Below, piece after piece: positions 62,689 to 64,000 of a stretch of DNA of 64,000 nt. The position numbers and the translations under genes are program-made. The stretch's first letter is position 1. Each line of letters opens with the position of its first letter. Source of the stretch: an uncultured Prevotellaceae bacterium. Its GTDB lineage: Bacteria > Bacteroidota > Bacteroidia > Bacteroidales > Bacteroidaceae. The DNA is taken from assembly GCA_902771785.1 (NCBI GenBank), contig CACXYH010000004.1, positions 5,849-69,848 of the forward strand, read 5' to 3'. The notes beneath the pieces were generated by a model, which did no database searches, had not been told where the DNA came from, and saw only the letters and a program-made list of their open reading frames with translations.

Positions 62689-63842
62689 TTGGTACCTCCT
62701 CTCTTTAAACGTTTTGAGATGTTACGCTCTACAATGAAATGGTCTATCATGGGCGCAATCATGTTGCCAAAGAATATGGCTAACATCATGCCCTCTGGAT
62801 AACCAGCATTGCGAACACGAATCAGGATGGCCATAGCTCCAATGATGAAGCCATAGATAAACTGACCTGTACACGTGCGACAAGAAGTAACGGGGTCTGT
62901 AGCCATAAACACGGCACCGAAAGCAAAACCACCCAATACGAAGTGATGCCACCACGTCATCGACTGGCCCGTCTGCTCGAAGATGATAGCCATCAAAGCA
63001 CCACCCACGAACACGCTCAACATCGTGCGCCACGAAGCGATTCCCGTCCAAAGCAGGATGAAAGCACCGATGGCAATGGCTATCAGTGAGGTTTCACCGA
63101 TACTGCCAGGGATAAAGCCGCAAATCATGTCGCATATTGAGGCATCAGGCGTAATATTCTGAGCAATCTGTCCAAGCGGAGTCGCAGCCGTATATCCATC
63201 GGGGAGCGTATTGCCCAATCCGAAGATGGTATCACGAGCCACCCATATTTGGTCGCCCGTCATCTTCGAAGGATAAGCGAAGAAAAGGAACATACGGGCA
63301 GCGATAGCTGGATTGAAAATATTCATACCCGTACCACCAAAGATTTCCTTACAGAAAATCACGCTGAAGGCACAAGCCAAAGCTAACATCCATAATGGGC
63401 AACCAATAGGAACAATCAAAGGAATCAGAATTCCGCTGACGAGATAGCCTTCCTGTATTTCTTCGCCCTTCCATTGAGCCCAAGCAAACTCAATACCCAG
63501 ACCAACGATGTAAGAGACAAGAATTTTGGGTAGCACGGCTAAGAAGCCATAGAAGAACACCTCAAAGAACGAGGCCGATGCCAACGTTCCTGCCGCAGCA
63601 TAGTTCTGATAGCCAATGTTGTACATACCAAATAGCATAGCAGGCATCAGTGCGATGACCACCATGCTCATGATGCGCTTCGAGTCAATCGAGTCGTGAA
63701 TGTTCACTCCCGTCTTCGCCGTGTCGTTAGGCACGTATAGAAACGTCTCGAAGCCGTCGAACAGCGAACGGAAGGCATGTAGTTTGCCACCCTCCTCGAA
63801 GTTCGGCTTGATTTTATTGAGATAATTTCTTAATGCGCTCAT
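62685..63842 (-). CDS. nqrB: Na+-NQR subunit B
   Basis: 385-aa polytopic RnfD/NqrB-like protein. 4-nt overlap with nqrC. Confidence 0.9.
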   Translation of the reverse strand: MSALRNYLNKIKPNFEEGGKLHAFRSLFDGFETFLYVPNDTAKTGVNIHDSIDSKRIMSMVVIALMPAMLFGMYNIGYQNYAAAGTLASASFFEVFFYGFLAVLPKILVSYIVGLGIEFAWAQWKGEEIQEGYLVSGILIPLIVPIGCPLWMLALACAFSVIFCKEIFGGTGMNIFNPAIAARMFLFFAYPSKMTGDQIWVARDTIFGLGNTLPDGYTAATPLGQIAQNITPDASICDMICGFIPGSIGETSLIAIAIGAFILLWTGIASWRTMLSVFVGGALMAIIFEQTGQSMTWWHHFVLGGFAFGAVFMATDPVTSCRTCTGQFIYGFIIGAMAILIRVRNAGYPEGMMLAIFFGNMIAPMIDHFIVERNISKRLKRGGTK

Positions 63843-63848
63843 AATGTT

Positions 63849-64000
63849 TTATGCGTTTTCTTTACGTAAAATGTCCAGTCCTTCACGCACGATGCGCTGC
63901 AGTTCAAGTTTCGAGCTGTCCACGAACTCGGCCAAGGCGAAATCCTCTGGACTAACCTCATAAATACCCAGTGCCTCTTGACGGTCAATGTCGCCTGCAA
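63849..64000 (-). CDS. nqrA: Na+-NQR subunit A (partial; N-terminus beyond window end)
   Basis: Minus-strand frame open to the window edge, ending ...LELQRIVREGLDILRKENA-stop (stop complement 63849-63851). It lies immediately upstream of nqrB. The call rests on operon position only. Confidence 0.7.
   Translation of the reverse strand, partial: AGDIDRQEALGIYEVSPEDFALAEFVDSSKLELQRIVREGLDILRKENA

Noticed and set aside
1-64000. Mobile elements, prophage, genomic island or defence locus.
   Set aside because: No integrase, transposase, recombinase, restriction-modification, toxin-antitoxin or phage structural gene was recognised. The tRNA genes are not flanked by direct-repeat att-like duplications other than the duplicated tRNA-Gly itself. 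Gene content is housekeeping throughout.

Overview
This 64 kb window looks like a core chromosomal segment of a Bacteroidota genome, probably Prevotella/Segatella-like. The evidence for that placement is many TAnnTTTG -7 promoter motifs, no Shine-Dalgarno sequences, an 11-subunit nuo operon, Na+-NQR, and DUF4270/DUF4494-type genes. All product names come from motif and gene-order recognition only; no database search was possible.

Gene content, in order:
- 1-9634 (-): nuoABCDHIJKLMN, with nuoCD fused and no nuoEFG.
- 9983-13308: a zinc-ribbon membrane protein, a GH25 muramidase and a divergent C11 (clostripain-like) peptidase.
- 13355-19894 (-): CNNM/GldE-like protein, ssb, a tRNA Gly-Leu-Leu-Gly cluster, nspC, yggS, DUF4494 and a kinase-like membrane protein.
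- 20047-25614: glyA, an MFS transporter, panB, a HAD hydrolase, rsmG and an MBL hydrolase.
- 25699-32144: a small protein, a PlsC-like acyltransferase, an 851-aa secreted amidase-like protein, ygiQ and a PP2C-like gene.
- 32240-39035: tRNA-Arg, a ThiE-like gene, prs, a TlpA-like thioredoxin, panDC, a glgA-like gene, DUF4270 and a small ORF.
- 39113-44432: a compact beta-helix/GH31/SSS-symporter operon.
- 44655-54304: a phosphohexomutase, two TPR proteins, gyrA, rlmD and a porin.
- 54390-64000: GH43, an ATP-grasp-like gene, a membrane pyrophosphatase, and nqrFEDCB plus the 3' end of nqrA.

I found no transposase, integrase, CRISPR array, prophage or recognisable defence system, and I cannot point to a new multi-gene system here.

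The most unusual signal is non-coding. A dispersed family of strictly 22-bp-phased repeat arrays fills four convergent-gene junctions. Each unit carries a 13-bp AAAG-N5-CTTY near-palindrome, and three of the four arrays are exactly 6 units (132 bp). Two related oddities are an unrelated 5 x 22-bp tandem repeat with the same architecture upstream of the nuo promoter, and two long perfect palindromes centred on TATATATA. The remaining findings are modest single-gene or architectural observations.
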